64,000 nt of DNA from Adineta vaga. Taxonomy: Eukaryota; Animalia; Rotifera. Location of the stretch: contig CP075494.1 in the NCBI GenBank assembly GCA_021613535.1, positions 5,394,001 through 5,458,000 on the forward strand, given 5' to 3'. Position 1 is the first letter of the stretch. Each line of letters opens with the position of its first letter. The notes under the pieces are model-generated. The model was given only the letters and a program-made list of their open reading frames with translations. It was not told the DNA's origin and made no database searches. Made by a program: the position numbers and the translations under genes. Below, piece by piece: positions 1-10,613 of this stretch.

Positions 1-3000
1 AAGATCTGTAACGGCCTTTTCATCTTTAATTCCAGTAATTCGTGTTATACATTGATAGCATGTATTTTGTATATGTGTATCATCAAATAATGCTTGAACC
101 ATCATTTCGCAAAATTGAATTGTTAATTCTCCGAACACGGATAAAATAGTTAGACAAGCAGCACGTTGTGGAAAATTATGTTGTTTACTCGTATAGAACA
201 AAGAAAGCTTGATATCATCTTCACAATTCAAACTTCTAACAGCACCACAGAATGTTTCAGGCATTCGAACAGCAATTAAACTGGCAATTTTTACATATTG
301 AGGATTTCCATATGACAAATAGTATTCTACAATCCCAAATGGCATGATACGATCAGTAAAATGACGAATGGAATCATATAATTCCATCAGAAAGATGGAC
401 AGTAGAGAGGGATATTGTTCAATAAATTCAGCTACAGCAATTTCACTGTTCTCTTGTACATCATAAAGAAATATATATGCTGTCGCTTCAATTAATGCAT
501 GATAACATTGAATATGATCAGCGCCAAGTGTCTCAAATAAGAATGACGTGTCTTTTACAGCACGTCCAAAACCATTACGAGCAGCTTTAACAACATCCTG
601 TGAGGAATGCCGCAGTAAAATTGCAAATAAGTCTATATCAGCTAGATCGAATGCAATATGATTTACTGAAACACAATAAGTATAACCTGAAATGAAGGCA
701 ATTAAAACCTCATTGGAATAACTTGGAGTGTCACTACTCAGGTCATTCAATATTTCTTGCACTTTTTCGAATAGATTCTTGTAAGTTGCTCCACTGCATA
801 TATAACTGAGAGCGGTAGCTGCTGCAATTTGAATTTCCTTGTTACAACAGATTTTAAATAATTCCATTAGCGCTTCGATAGCTATTTGACGTGTCTCTTC
901 TGTATGATTTAATTCATTTGCTAAACTTACAACTATGGAGACAACGAATTCAGCATGACTTTGCACAACGACATCTGATGTTGCATCACCATCAATCTCC
1001 AAGAAAGGTATGAAATTAGACGCGATCATATCACATAAATAAATGATCAAATCACCAGATATCTTAAATAGATTAGCATATGAGAAAGCATCTGTAATCA
1101 TGTCCGATGTAAGATAAGAAGCTACGATAGGATTTATTGATGATTTCGATCTATTCAATAAATATTCTCTGTTATTTAAGATATAAATCCTATATCTCTC
1201 TAACCAAAGAAATGTCTCCAAATGCGATTGATTATCCACAGTTGTTGTTGAAAGCATTCGACCTAAAGTAAATTTCATCGATGCTGACGTCTGTTGATAA
1301 TGACCTTTTTTCTTAGCTAAAGCTATGATGATGTCTAAACCAAATTTCGAGCTCGTTCGAATATCGTTATCACTATCTGTCCTCATAAGTACTTCTGTTC
1401 GCTGACGAAAACGATCGTTTTCACAACATAATAAATCACACAAGATTGTAGCAACATCAATAGACCATAAATTAGAATTAGCGAGAAGAAGAGTAGCATG
1501 ATAAGCAAATGAAGAAAATTCATTAGAATCCTTCCATTTCAACCAAGATTCTAATAAAAGACGTGCTTTAAATTCGACGATATTCATACGATGTAGAGCT
1601 TTGTTGAGCACTGCAAGAACTTGTCCTAAAGAACTCGACTGTTGTATCGATGCAGCAAATTGAAGAAACTTTGTTAATGCTAATGCTTGTGCTTCGGTAA
1701 AAATTGAACCTTCGAAATGAAATTGATTTGTTATTAATAACTCATCAATAGGAAGCGAATGTTCATTAATTTTCAAACATTGATGTAGATCACTCGTTAG
1801 TTGTAAGAGATATACATTGGACATCAACACTGAAGAAGATAAACTTTCATCGGTAAACACGTTGAAATATTTCTGCAAAACAGTTGATTTTGTATGTATC
1901 TCAATGCTTTCATCTGTTGTATTCTGTGGAAAATACTTTGTTACGGAAGAAAAACTAGAAGACGACAATATATATGGTAATAAGGCTTCATTCACAGCTT
2001 GTCGATCTCGTTGATCGGTATCATCAAATTTAGTGTACAGATTTTGAAGACATTTGTCAATTGTTTGTTGATGTTGAAGTATTGGCAGACATCGAAGAAA
2101 TATGATTGTATGTAATAATAAAGGTAACGTAGGATAAATTTCATTCAGTTGATATTCGATTTCTTCTTGTAAAGATCTACCTGTATTAACTAATATTTTT
2201 TTGTATTTTGAATAGGAATAAAAGGCAATGACACATAATGCATCAAGACGAACAAGTCTGTTCGTAATTAACACAGCGCCTTGTACACTGTCTTCTAATA
2301 AGATTTGTCGTCTTTCTTCGTCAGTCCAACGACAGATACATGCTAAGGAAATTGACGCTGCATATAGTCTCCTACTATCTCCATCGTTAGCAGATCGAGC
2401 AGTTTGAAATCGTTGTTGTTCTTCTTTAATACAGTCGTTGATGTGTCCTCTTCGTTGTTCATCTGTGACTGCATATGTACCGAAATGGGTACTGATTCTA
2501 TCAGTATATTCACCAGTCAAAATATTTATTGATCGTTGCCTATACATATGGGGAGTACTTAAAACGTCCGGATCTTTTACCGCTTGTATCCAAAGAAGAC
2601 TATCGCCGAAATTATCCAAGTAATGTATTCGAAGCCATGGCATTAACATAATCAAACCAGTGAAAGGTAAAAGTGGTTTACATGACGGATTTGATAAATA
2701 CATCAAACATTCCGTTAATATATGGCTAAAATAGAGATGTTGTTTATCGGGTTTAATTGAATCATTAAAATTAGTCAGAATAAATTTTTGTTTCAACACT
2801 CGAAGGTAAAGATTTTGTAAATGTGGAGGAATAAAAGTTAATGTGCTCAATAGATCTTGATCATTTTGAAGAAGTAAATATTTCGGCATTGTATTTAAAG
2901 CAACTACCATCTGATATTGTGTATCATATTCATCATCATGTTCTGATACATACAACAGACTTATAAATCTATGCAGTAACGAACATGAATTTCGATCATT

Positions 3001-6000
3001 GTCAAATCGTGTATCTATTGATAATAGACCATTGAGTAATTTATCTTCTTTTCTCAGATTATTGGGTAGAGTCAGCTTTAGTCTTTGAGAAGAATTAGTT
3101 TCACCATCAAGTAAAATTGATGTAGAAGCACAACGTAAACGTGCTACATTACTTTTCATTAAGTGTAAGAAATCAAAAAACTGGACACGAGCTGAATCAC
3201 CATATTGAAATTTTTCAACTGCAATAGAAATCAAGTTTGTTGTTTCGTTTTCAATCGAACGATCATTACCATCACTTGGAACGTAAAACTGTCGTAAAAT
3301 CATTGACATGTATTTCAGACGATCGATTGTCTTTTGTAGTAAAGAGTTAGAAATTCGATCTCGATTCTCTTGTACATAATCAATATCATATACACATAGA
3401 GTAGCAATACATAGATCAATCGTTTCGTAAGATTCATCATTATTATCGATATGTGCTAAAAATGATTGAATAATTTCTAATTTGAATTTCTTTAAATTTT
3501 GATCTTGTTTCGAACGATCTTTTAGAGAGAGAAATGGTATTAGTATCGATGTTATGGTAGATGATTCTCGATGAATATGCGATGGATCGAAAATAATAGT
3601 TTGATTATCACGTTTTAAACCACCATATAAAGTAATGATTAATGGTAATAGAAATGTAGGAATTGTGTTTAATTCAATCGCTTTACTTAGAAGAAATTCC
3701 TTTAATGTGTTCGAATTGTTAGGCAATAATTGATGATTTGAAAAGGCAATTTTGATTAAAAGACGATCAATAGCAAATTCATTCGTTTTATTATCAAGTA
3801 TTGATAAAGATTGAAGTAATGAACAAATGGATTGATCTAACCATTGAATGTTTTCGAATTCATGTGGTTTTCCTTCAATAAGATGACAGAAAGTAGATAT
3901 AATTTGTATATCATGGCTACGATATTGAGATAGAAATCTATTGATCCACAATGAAACAGTTTCCTTATTAAGTCTTTTCAATGTTTTGATGATGTGATCG
4001 TGAAGAAATGAGCATACGGTAGACCATTTATGTTGATTAGAAGCAACGATGATACGATCTAAGACATCAAACATAATTTCATCAGATGGATAATTAACAA
4101 GATCATTGCTGCAAATCATCAGTATACAAAGATTCTGTGGTAATAAAGAATCAGTTTCATCTTGTTCTTTTTGTAGAAATAAAAGGCAAAGTTCATCGAA
4201 ATCGTCGCGAGACCACATTGAACTTATTTTACCCAGTGCTAGTGCAATCGGTACTCGAAAATGTGAATCATTTACATGATTACGTAATGATTGAGCAATA
4301 AGTGGAATTTCATCTTCTCGTTCGGATTGATCAGTCATAAATCGACTATGATTTGATAGTCCAGTATCGATCAATTTTTGAGAAGTAAAATACTCTTGAA
4401 TTATTTTATATCGAAAACTGTAGTATGAGTGACCTTGAGGAACCAGGATACCAATATCTTCGAGAATAATTTGTGTGAATTGGGATATTTGGCTTTGATC
4501 ATCGTGCGTTTCTTCTTGAATAAGACGAGTTCTATTCGATGAGTCTTTGATCGATTGAATACAGATTTCCGCGATTTCTTTTTCAGAAATGCAATTTAAT
4601 GTTGAATGCTCATGAATACGAAAGGCAATATTACCCAGTATTCGTATCAATTTCGGCATCGACATCAAAGATCTTTTTCTGTTCCATGAAAGCAATGTGA
4701 AATGCGCAAGTTTTTCATATAGAAGAATACGTTGAGAAGGTAATGAAGATTTCTTTTGTTGGTTAAAAGAAATGGTGCAAAGCAATGATAATAGACTACA
4801 GTTAGATGCCATATCTAGAAGATCGATATTTTCAGGTTTTTCTATTTCATTTCTCAATATTTCTCCATCTGTGTTTCCTTGATTTGTTGCAGTAAGAGCC
4901 AATGTATCGATAATATGTTGATGCATAGCAGAAAACCAATAATCAATGAAATCTTGTATCTGTTTTAGGTCCATAGGTTGAACGGTATAATGAGCAAATT
5001 GTGCAGATAGTGGTGCCGCATCATATCCAACGATGCGACTTGTTACAACCAATTGATTACCTCCTGATCGAGATGGATCGTCGAACAGACGACTCAGTTG
5101 TGGATTATCAAAGACAGAAGTATTCAAAGGTGTTTGAACATACTTATCAACAAAATTCTCAATGATACTAATGATCTTTGATCGTTGATCAGAGACTGGA
5201 ATGACATCAAGACCATCAAGTATAATCAATGCTTGACCATGTTTAACATAATCTTGCAGTACACATGAAAGATCATCCGTCGAAAGTGTTGAATCATCAA
5301 TTGGAAAACATCTCATCCATTTATGCTTTCCAATGTAATCAAAAAGAGTCAGCGAAGGTTGTTTAGTAAGAATTTCAGCGAATTCTTCAATATGTATAAG
5401 AATAGGTATACGAAGAGGACCATAGTCGGTAGAATGTTGTTCGTTGAGAAGCAGTGTTTGAGCAAGATGATTGACAAACCATCGAACAAAACTAGTCTTA
5501 CCGCTACCAGGATCGCCTTGGATAACAATCCATCGTTTTGTTCGAATGATATCTTCTGCCTTCATAGTCTTTTCTGGAGTTGCTACAGTCAGATTATTCC
5601 ATATACTGTTCATCGATTCTTCTTCCCGCTTAAATTTATTATCAAATTGTCGCAATTCATTTCTTTCCAATACTGTGTGTCCATCAGATTTGAATTGAAG
5701 AGACGCATGATTGAAAGGAAGTTTAAATGTTTGCCAATTACGTCTCAACTGAGTTTGTTGTTCAAATGTAATTTGATAGAGTAGATGAGCAACTTCGGCA
5801 AGAGTGTCATCAGTAAGACCAGTCACGGGTATGCGTTGATGCATTTCAATACATCGACGAAGATACGATTCAACGATATTAGTGTATTTTTCACGTAATT
5901 GACGAAGCTGTTCTATTGTTTGTTCTTTGGTACGTTGTTCAATGGTATCTAATTGTTGTTTTAATGTTTTGTCTAAAGAATTTTGTATTAGAGCTTGTTG

Positions 6001-6360
6001 CTCTTGATAAGCATCACTCAGTATTTGAATTTTTATCGTATAATCATTTGCATTTACAGCTTCTTGTTGAGCAAGACGCTGTTGAATTCGAATTAATAAA
6101 GATTCTAAATCTTTATAAGTCAAGCCATTTGGATGAGTTTCACTCTGATGACAACTACTAATAACTTTCTCAATGACTTTTAGTATTTCTACTATATCCT
6201 TTTGTATTGTTTCGGAATCATTTAATGTCTGTCTAAGACGATATAATCTAATTTCAAGCAGTTTCCAATACTCTTGACATATTGAAATTTCACGCATACG
6301 TCCAATAATATCATCGATTGTGGCGGTAGGCGTCGTCAATATTACTGCTTCCGGTGTCAT
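1..6360 (-). CDS. Large NACHT-domain (STAND/NLR-like) protein, at least 2120 aa, 3' end outside the window: N-terminal helical domain + NACHT + WHD + long helical (HEAT/ARM-like) region
   Basis: ATG at 6360 follows an in-frame TAA (6372-6370). Manual translation gives Walker A GDPGSGKT (5517-5494), Walker B LIILDGLDV (about 5229-5203), sensor VVTSRIVGY (about 5050-5024) and WHD YSFRYKIIQEYF (about 4422-4387). The same frame is open at bases 60-1 (CYQCITRITGIKDEKAVTDL). The track lists no minus ORF here, consistent with one ORF lacking a stop in the window. Not every codon was checked. Confidence 0.9.
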   Translation of the reverse strand, partial: MTPEAVILTTPTATIDDIIGRMREISICQEYWKLLEIRLYRLRQTLNDSETIQKDIVEILKVIEKVISSCHQSETHPNGLTYKDLESLLIRIQQRLAQQEAVNANDYTIKIQILSDAYQEQQALIQNSLDKTLKQQLDTIEQRTKEQTIEQLRQLREKYTNIVESYLRRCIEMHQRIPVTGLTDDTLAEVAHLLYQITFEQQTQLRRNWQTFKLPFNHASLQFKSDGHTVLERNELRQFDNKFKREEESMNSIWNNLTVATPEKTMKAEDIIRTKRWIVIQGDPGSGKTSFVRWFVNHLAQTLLLNEQHSTDYGPLRIPILIHIEEFAEILTKQPSLTLFDYIGKHKWMRCFPIDDSTLSTDDLSCVLQDYVKHGQALIILDGLDVIPVSDQRSKIISIIENFVDKYVQTPLNTSVFDNPQLSRLFDDPSRSGGNQLVVTSRIVGYDAAPLSAQFAHYTVQPMDLKQIQDFIDYWFSAMHQHIIDTLALTATNQGNTDGEILRNEIEKPENIDLLDMASNCSLLSLLCTISFNQQKKSSLPSQRILLYEKLAHFTLLSWNRKRSLMSMPKLIRILGNIAFRIHEHSTLNCISEKEIAEICIQSIKDSSNRTRLIQEETHDDQSQISQFTQIILEDIGILVPQGHSYYSFRYKIIQEYFTSQKLIDTGLSNHSRFMTDQSEREDEIPLIAQSLRNHVNDSHFRVPIALALGKISSMWSRDDFDELCLLFLQKEQDETDSLLPQNLCILMICSNDLVNYPSDEIMFDVLDRIIVASNQHKWSTVCSFLHDHIIKTLKRLNKETVSLWINRFLSQYRSHDIQIISTFCHLIEGKPHEFENIQWLDQSICSLLQSLSILDNKTNEFAIDRLLIKIAFSNHQLLPNNSNTLKEFLLSKAIELNTIPTFLLPLIITLYGGLKRDNQTIIFDPSHIHRESSTITSILIPFLSLKDRSKQDQNLKKFKLEIIQSFLAHIDNNDESYETIDLCIATLCVYDIDYVQENRDRISNSLLQKTIDRLKYMSMILRQFYVPSDGNDRSIENETTNLISIAVEKFQYGDSARVQFFDFLHLMKSNVARLRCASTSILLDGETNSSQRLKLTLPNNLRKEDKLLNGLLSIDTRFDNDRNSCSLLHRFISLLYVSEHDDEYDTQYQMVVALNTMPKYLLLQNDQDLLSTLTFIPPHLQNLYLRVLKQKFILTNFNDSIKPDKQHLYFSHILTECLMYLSNPSCKPLLPFTGLIMLMPWLRIHYLDNFGDSLLWIQAVKDPDVLSTPHMYRQRSINILTGEYTDRISTHFGTYAVTDEQRRGHINDCIKEEQQRFQTARSANDGDSRRLYAASISLACICRWTDEERRQILLEDSVQGAVLITNRLVRLDALCVIAFYSYSKYKKILVNTGRSLQEEIEYQLNEIYPTLPLLLHTIIFLRCLPILQHQQTIDKCLQNLYTKFDDTDQRDRQAVNEALLPYILSSSSFSSVTKYFPQNTTDESIEIHTKSTVLQKYFNVFTDESLSSSVLMSNVYLLQLTSDLHQCLKINEHSLPIDELLITNQFHFEGSIFTEAQALALTKFLQFAASIQQSSSLGQVLAVLNKALHRMNIVEFKARLLLESWLKWKDSNEFSSFAYHATLLLANSNLWSIDVATILCDLLCCENDRFRQRTEVLMRTDSDNDIRTSSKFGLDIIIALAKKKGHYQQTSASMKFTLGRMLSTTTVDNQSHLETFLWLERYRIYILNNREYLLNRSKSSINPIVASYLTSDMITDAFSYANLFKISGDLIIYLCDMIASNFIPFLEIDGDATSDVVVQSHAEFVVSIVVSLANELNHTEETRQIAIEALMELFKICCNKEIQIAAATALSYICSGATYKNLFEKVQEILNDLSSDTPSYSNEVLIAFISGYTYCVSVNHIAFDLADIDLFAILLRHSSQDVVKAARNGFGRAVKDTSFLFETLGADHIQCYHALIEATAYIFLYDVQENSEIAVAEFIEQYPSLLSIFLMELYDSIRHFTDRIMPFGIVEYYLSYGNPQYVKIASLIAVRMPETFCGAVRSLNCEDDIKLSLFYTSKQHNFPQRAACLTILSVFGELTIQFCEMMVQALFDDTHIQNTCYQCITRITGIKDEKAVTDL

Positions 6361-7272
6361 TCGATCTCGTTATAGGACGATGATTCTATCGAACGTATTA
6401 GAGTATTAAATACACATATATAACATAGAAAAAGTCAGTCTACCTTCGAATTTATGAAATAATAATCAGTATAATGTCTTCTATTCTTTGAAAACTTCAA
6501 ATAAGATCAACATATCTAAAAACAATGTATGGATACTCTCGCAAAACATCGTCAAACCCAAAAAAAAACAAAGAAACAGGAAGAAAAAGAACGTTACTTT
6601 TCTTTTTTATAAAACACGTGGCGAGTATTTTTCTACTTAAAAGAGTTCCCTCTAATATTGATGATTATGCGATAAACAACCGCTCAGTCAATACCAATAC
6701 AGTCTTTTCCCACTCTTCTATCTCAATGGATAGCTATTCGGATACATTGAGCTTAAAAATTCTATTCAAAACGTACCATAGACCGCATAATATTCTTTAA
6801 TCTTATTCTAATCATACAAAATAAATATATATGATGTCATTTATTCCAACATAGAATTTAATGACTTGTTCTCATTATTCTTAGAATTTGTGTATATACT
6901 ATACCATTTCGTTTCGTGTAGTATTTATCTTCAATTCGCAATACTTGTTTTAAATTTTGATTATTTACTTTCACCTTTTTTTTCTATGTTGGAAAAAACC
7001 TCAGTTAATTTTACTATATCGCGACAATGTGTGGTTAGATTTCATTTTTCTTTCCAATGTAACAAAAACATACGACTGTAATGTCATAAAAATAACTCAA
7101 AATACAAGTCATGCGTTTTTTCGAGTTGGAAAAAACTGAAAAATGTGTTGTTGTCTCATGAAAATCACCGACATCAAGTCTACAACATATGCTGCAATAA
7201 TAAAAAAGCTTTTTGTTTTATTAGACAACATCAGAGAAAGATAGAAAGGAAGACGATGGTATTGAATACATT

Positions 7273-10194
7273 TTATTCATCTACTTGTTCGTTTTTCATT
7301 GATTTAACTTTCGCATCAATTCGTTCATAATAATCTCTAAATATTACTAAACGAGGATGATCAACTGGTAAACTTTGACTAGCAATATCAATCGCTCGCT
7401 TTTCATGTTCTAAAGCATCTTGATAATCACCAAGACATACTAATACAGCTGCCATACTATTATAAGTTACGGCTATATCCGGATGATTCGATAGTAGACT
7501 TCGATTTTGAATAGATAATGCTTTTTTGTAGCAATCAAGTGCTGTTGTATATTCCTTCATTGATTGATGGCTAACACCCATATTATTATAAACAGCAGCT
7601 AAATCCGGATGATCAGAAGGAAGAGTTTTCTGTTGAATTTCGAGTGTTTGTTTGTAACATTCCAAAGCAAGTGAATACTTTTTTAATGCTTGATTCATTG
7701 AACCCATATTGTTATATGTAATAATTAAAGCTGGATGATTCGTTGGAAGTGATTTTTTCTTAATATCAAGTGAGATTTTACAGAACATCAATGCTTTCTT
7801 ATAATCTTCTAATTTTCTATGAATATCAGCAAGATTATTGTATGTTGCAGCTATGGATGGATGATTTGCACAAAGAGATTTCTTTTGTAATTTTAATGTT
7901 CTTTCATAATATTCAAGTGCTTTATAATATTCACCAATTAGTTGATGAAAATGACCGAGATTATTGTACGATACACCAAGTAATGGATGATTTGGTGGAA
8001 AAGATTTTTGTCGAATATAAAGTGCTTTTTCATAGTAAGAACGTGCTTCTGGATAATTTCCCATTGCTTGATATGAAATACCGATATTCGTATACGTTAC
8101 TGCAAGTTCCGGATGTTCACCGTTCAATGTTTTTTCTTGAATATCCAGAGCTATTTTATAGGATAATAACGCTTGAGAAAAATGTCCCATTTGGTGATGT
8201 ATTGTGCCGATATTATTGTAAGAAAATGCTAATGATGGATGATTAGTTGGAAAACTTTTCAATTTCACATCGAGTGATTTTTCTAAATAAGAAATTGCTT
8301 TTGGAAAATCTCCCAGTTCTTGATGAATAAGACCTATATTATTGTAAATAATCGCTAATGATGGATTTGTTGGTGAAACGTGTTTCAATCGAATTTGAAG
8401 TGCTTTTTCTAAACTTGTTAATGCAGCCGTGAAATTGCCCATAGCTCGTTGAAGTTCACCTATATTATTATAAGTTGTTGCTAATTCTTGATGATCATTT
8501 GAAAACGTTTTTCGTTTAATTTCTAATGCTTTTTGATAAAAACTAAGTGCCGTGGGAAAATCACCGAGTAATTCACTCGTCAAACCAATATTATTATAAG
8601 TCGTAGCAAAGGACAGATCATTCGGGGGAAGAGTTTTTTGTTTAATATCTAATGTTTTCTTATGTGTAGACAAAGCATTAAAATAATCACCCATCTGTCT
8701 TTGAACTTCACCCATATTATTATACGAAATACTAATTGATCGATGATTACGTGGTAAATGTTCCTGTCGAATATCAATTGCTTTTTGATAGAATAGAAGT
8801 GCCGATGTATAATCACCGATTTCATCATACAGAATACCTAATTCATTATAAATATATGCCATTTTTAATGGATCAGTATCAGCGATGGAATTCAATAGAA
8901 CATAATAGATATCTTTTGCTTTATCATAAACATGAATGAGTTTCATTAATTGTGCAAGTTTAATCCAAGATGTTGAATCTTGTGTTTCAGATTTTAATAA
9001 ATCATCAAGACTAATGATTTGTTGATCATTGACTTCGGTTAATGTTAAATCAATTTGCCAGAGATAATCTTCAATTTGTTTCATTTCATCAATACGAAAG
9101 ATACTATGCATAGAGAAGAGAATAGATTTCGATTGATTAGTTGAAAAGGAAATATTTCGAAGAAACGCATATGGGCTTGATGATTGTTTTGATTCGATTT
9201 TAATTCGAAAGATAAGATTTATTTCTGTACGTGAAGGAATTGAGTTTACTGATGTTTGATAATCAGAAGCAGCAATAATGAAATTATTAAATGAAAGAAG
9301 ATTACCTTTGATTGTTTTCATTTTTTCAAAATCTTCTTTCGAAATTTGATGATTTCGATAGACAATAATGGGAAATTGTTGTGTTTTAGCTGTATCAATT
9401 TGTATCTTATCTAATTGTTGATAAAGATCTTTAATAAAAAATCCCATTCGAATAATAATTTCAATATCTTGTGTTTGAAAAGCTTGATTAAGTAGATCGA
9501 AAAGAAATGTCTCTTTCGTATACCACCAAATCGGTGAATGATGATGATAATTTCGTTCGAATTCATCGATATGTTTCAATTGTTCTACATTACCATAATA
9601 TTGCATACGACAATATGTTGTCATATCTTTTAAAGCATTATTTTCATATTTATTTTCTAAAAGAATCTGTTTTGTTAACATCCAATAGATAAATAAATTA
9701 TTGACATCTTGTAAACCTTTTTTCGAATATGTTATGGAAGGAATTGTACTCATTAGAAGACAATCAGATTTCATAGGTTTATTTGCACGTTGAAGAAAAC
9801 GAGAGAAATATTCAATTTGAGAGAACACACCTTGAATTTTATTGAAATCTTGATAAATAATTGAATTCATTTTCATCGAAGAAGAAAGAATATAAATTGA
9901 TTGAATTTGTGACATTGATTGAATAGATGATGAAACTTTTTCGAAAAATTCAGTGGAAATAAGCATGATGATCTGATTATCTTTATATGTTGAAAGATAT
10001 TTGAGACAATCTTTAACATTAGTAAATAGATCAAGAGAAATGAATGTACATCGAAGATAAGAAAGAGAATTTTGATTGATCGGATCAGAATCTATGGCAT
10101 TTGCATCAAGCCAAACTACAGCATATTTGGTTTGAGGTTCGTTGAATTCAATTGGATGAACCTGTTGATGTTGTTTTGAACGACAAATTCCCAT
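7273..10194 (-). CDS. Receiver-like + degenerate ADP-ribosyltransferase-like + TPR repeat protein (973 aa), intronless
   Basis: Likely start is MGICRSK at 10194. It has a VVWLD...CLKYL...IQSIYI receiver-like N-terminus, an ART-like core (PIWWYTKETF, VYRNHQ, LLSFNNF, ILFSMHSIFRI) and about 12 42-aa TPRs (HPxLAxxYNNxG). Confidence 0.9.
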   Translation of the reverse strand: MGICRSKQHQQVHPIEFNEPQTKYAVVWLDANAIDSDPINQNSLSYLRCTFISLDLFTNVKDCLKYLSTYKDNQIIMLISTEFFEKVSSSIQSMSQIQSIYILSSSMKMNSIIYQDFNKIQGVFSQIEYFSRFLQRANKPMKSDCLLMSTIPSITYSKKGLQDVNNLFIYWMLTKQILLENKYENNALKDMTTYCRMQYYGNVEQLKHIDEFERNYHHHSPIWWYTKETFLFDLLNQAFQTQDIEIIIRMGFFIKDLYQQLDKIQIDTAKTQQFPIIVYRNHQISKEDFEKMKTIKGNLLSFNNFIIAASDYQTSVNSIPSRTEINLIFRIKIESKQSSSPYAFLRNISFSTNQSKSILFSMHSIFRIDEMKQIEDYLWQIDLTLTEVNDQQIISLDDLLKSETQDSTSWIKLAQLMKLIHVYDKAKDIYYVLLNSIADTDPLKMAYIYNELGILYDEIGDYTSALLFYQKAIDIRQEHLPRNHRSISISYNNMGEVQRQMGDYFNALSTHKKTLDIKQKTLPPNDLSFATTYNNIGLTSELLGDFPTALSFYQKALEIKRKTFSNDHQELATTYNNIGELQRAMGNFTAALTSLEKALQIRLKHVSPTNPSLAIIYNNIGLIHQELGDFPKAISYLEKSLDVKLKSFPTNHPSLAFSYNNIGTIHHQMGHFSQALLSYKIALDIQEKTLNGEHPELAVTYTNIGISYQAMGNYPEARSYYEKALYIRQKSFPPNHPLLGVSYNNLGHFHQLIGEYYKALEYYERTLKLQKKSLCANHPSIAATYNNLADIHRKLEDYKKALMFCKISLDIKKKSLPTNHPALIITYNNMGSMNQALKKYSLALECYKQTLEIQQKTLPSDHPDLAAVYNNMGVSHQSMKEYTTALDCYKKALSIQNRSLLSNHPDIAVTYNSMAAVLVCLGDYQDALEHEKRAIDIASQSLPVDHPRLVIFRDYYERIDAKVKSMKNEQVDE

Positions 10195-10560
10195 GGATAT
10201 TGATGATTTCGTGAATTTTGTCACAGAATTCAATGTTCGTTGTAAGTAATAATTGTACAATCGTTGCAATAATTCAAAGACAAACACATTTAAGTGATGA
10301 CAAAGAACAGACTCTTAGAAAAACATCTATCCTTTTGATAATATTACAGAACATATTGCAAGTAAAAGAAGACTATAAAAAATATATTCGTAATCACGTG
10401 ATCAAATTCAAGAACTTACTCATCAAAAATACAAACGAAGATTTCATTTTTTTGATGAAAACGTTTCTCTGGTATCTTGAAGTATGTGAAGTGATTGTGT
10501 ATGGCGTGATTTGTTATTCAAATATAAGTTAATGCATGTTTATATTCTTTGTATTTGCCT

Positions 10561-10563
<3 letters not shown>

Positions 10564-10610
<47 letters not shown>
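10564..10610. repeat. (TC)n microsatellite
   Basis: About 23 uninterrupted TC units between the divergently transcribed TPR and FG-GAP genes. Confidence 0.97.

Positions 10611-10613
<3 letters not shown>

Noticed and set aside
1817-6161. Plus-strand track ORFs (1817, 2438, 5323, 5471, 5916)
   Set aside because: Antisense shadows of the large minus-strand NACHT ORF, with no recognisable motifs.
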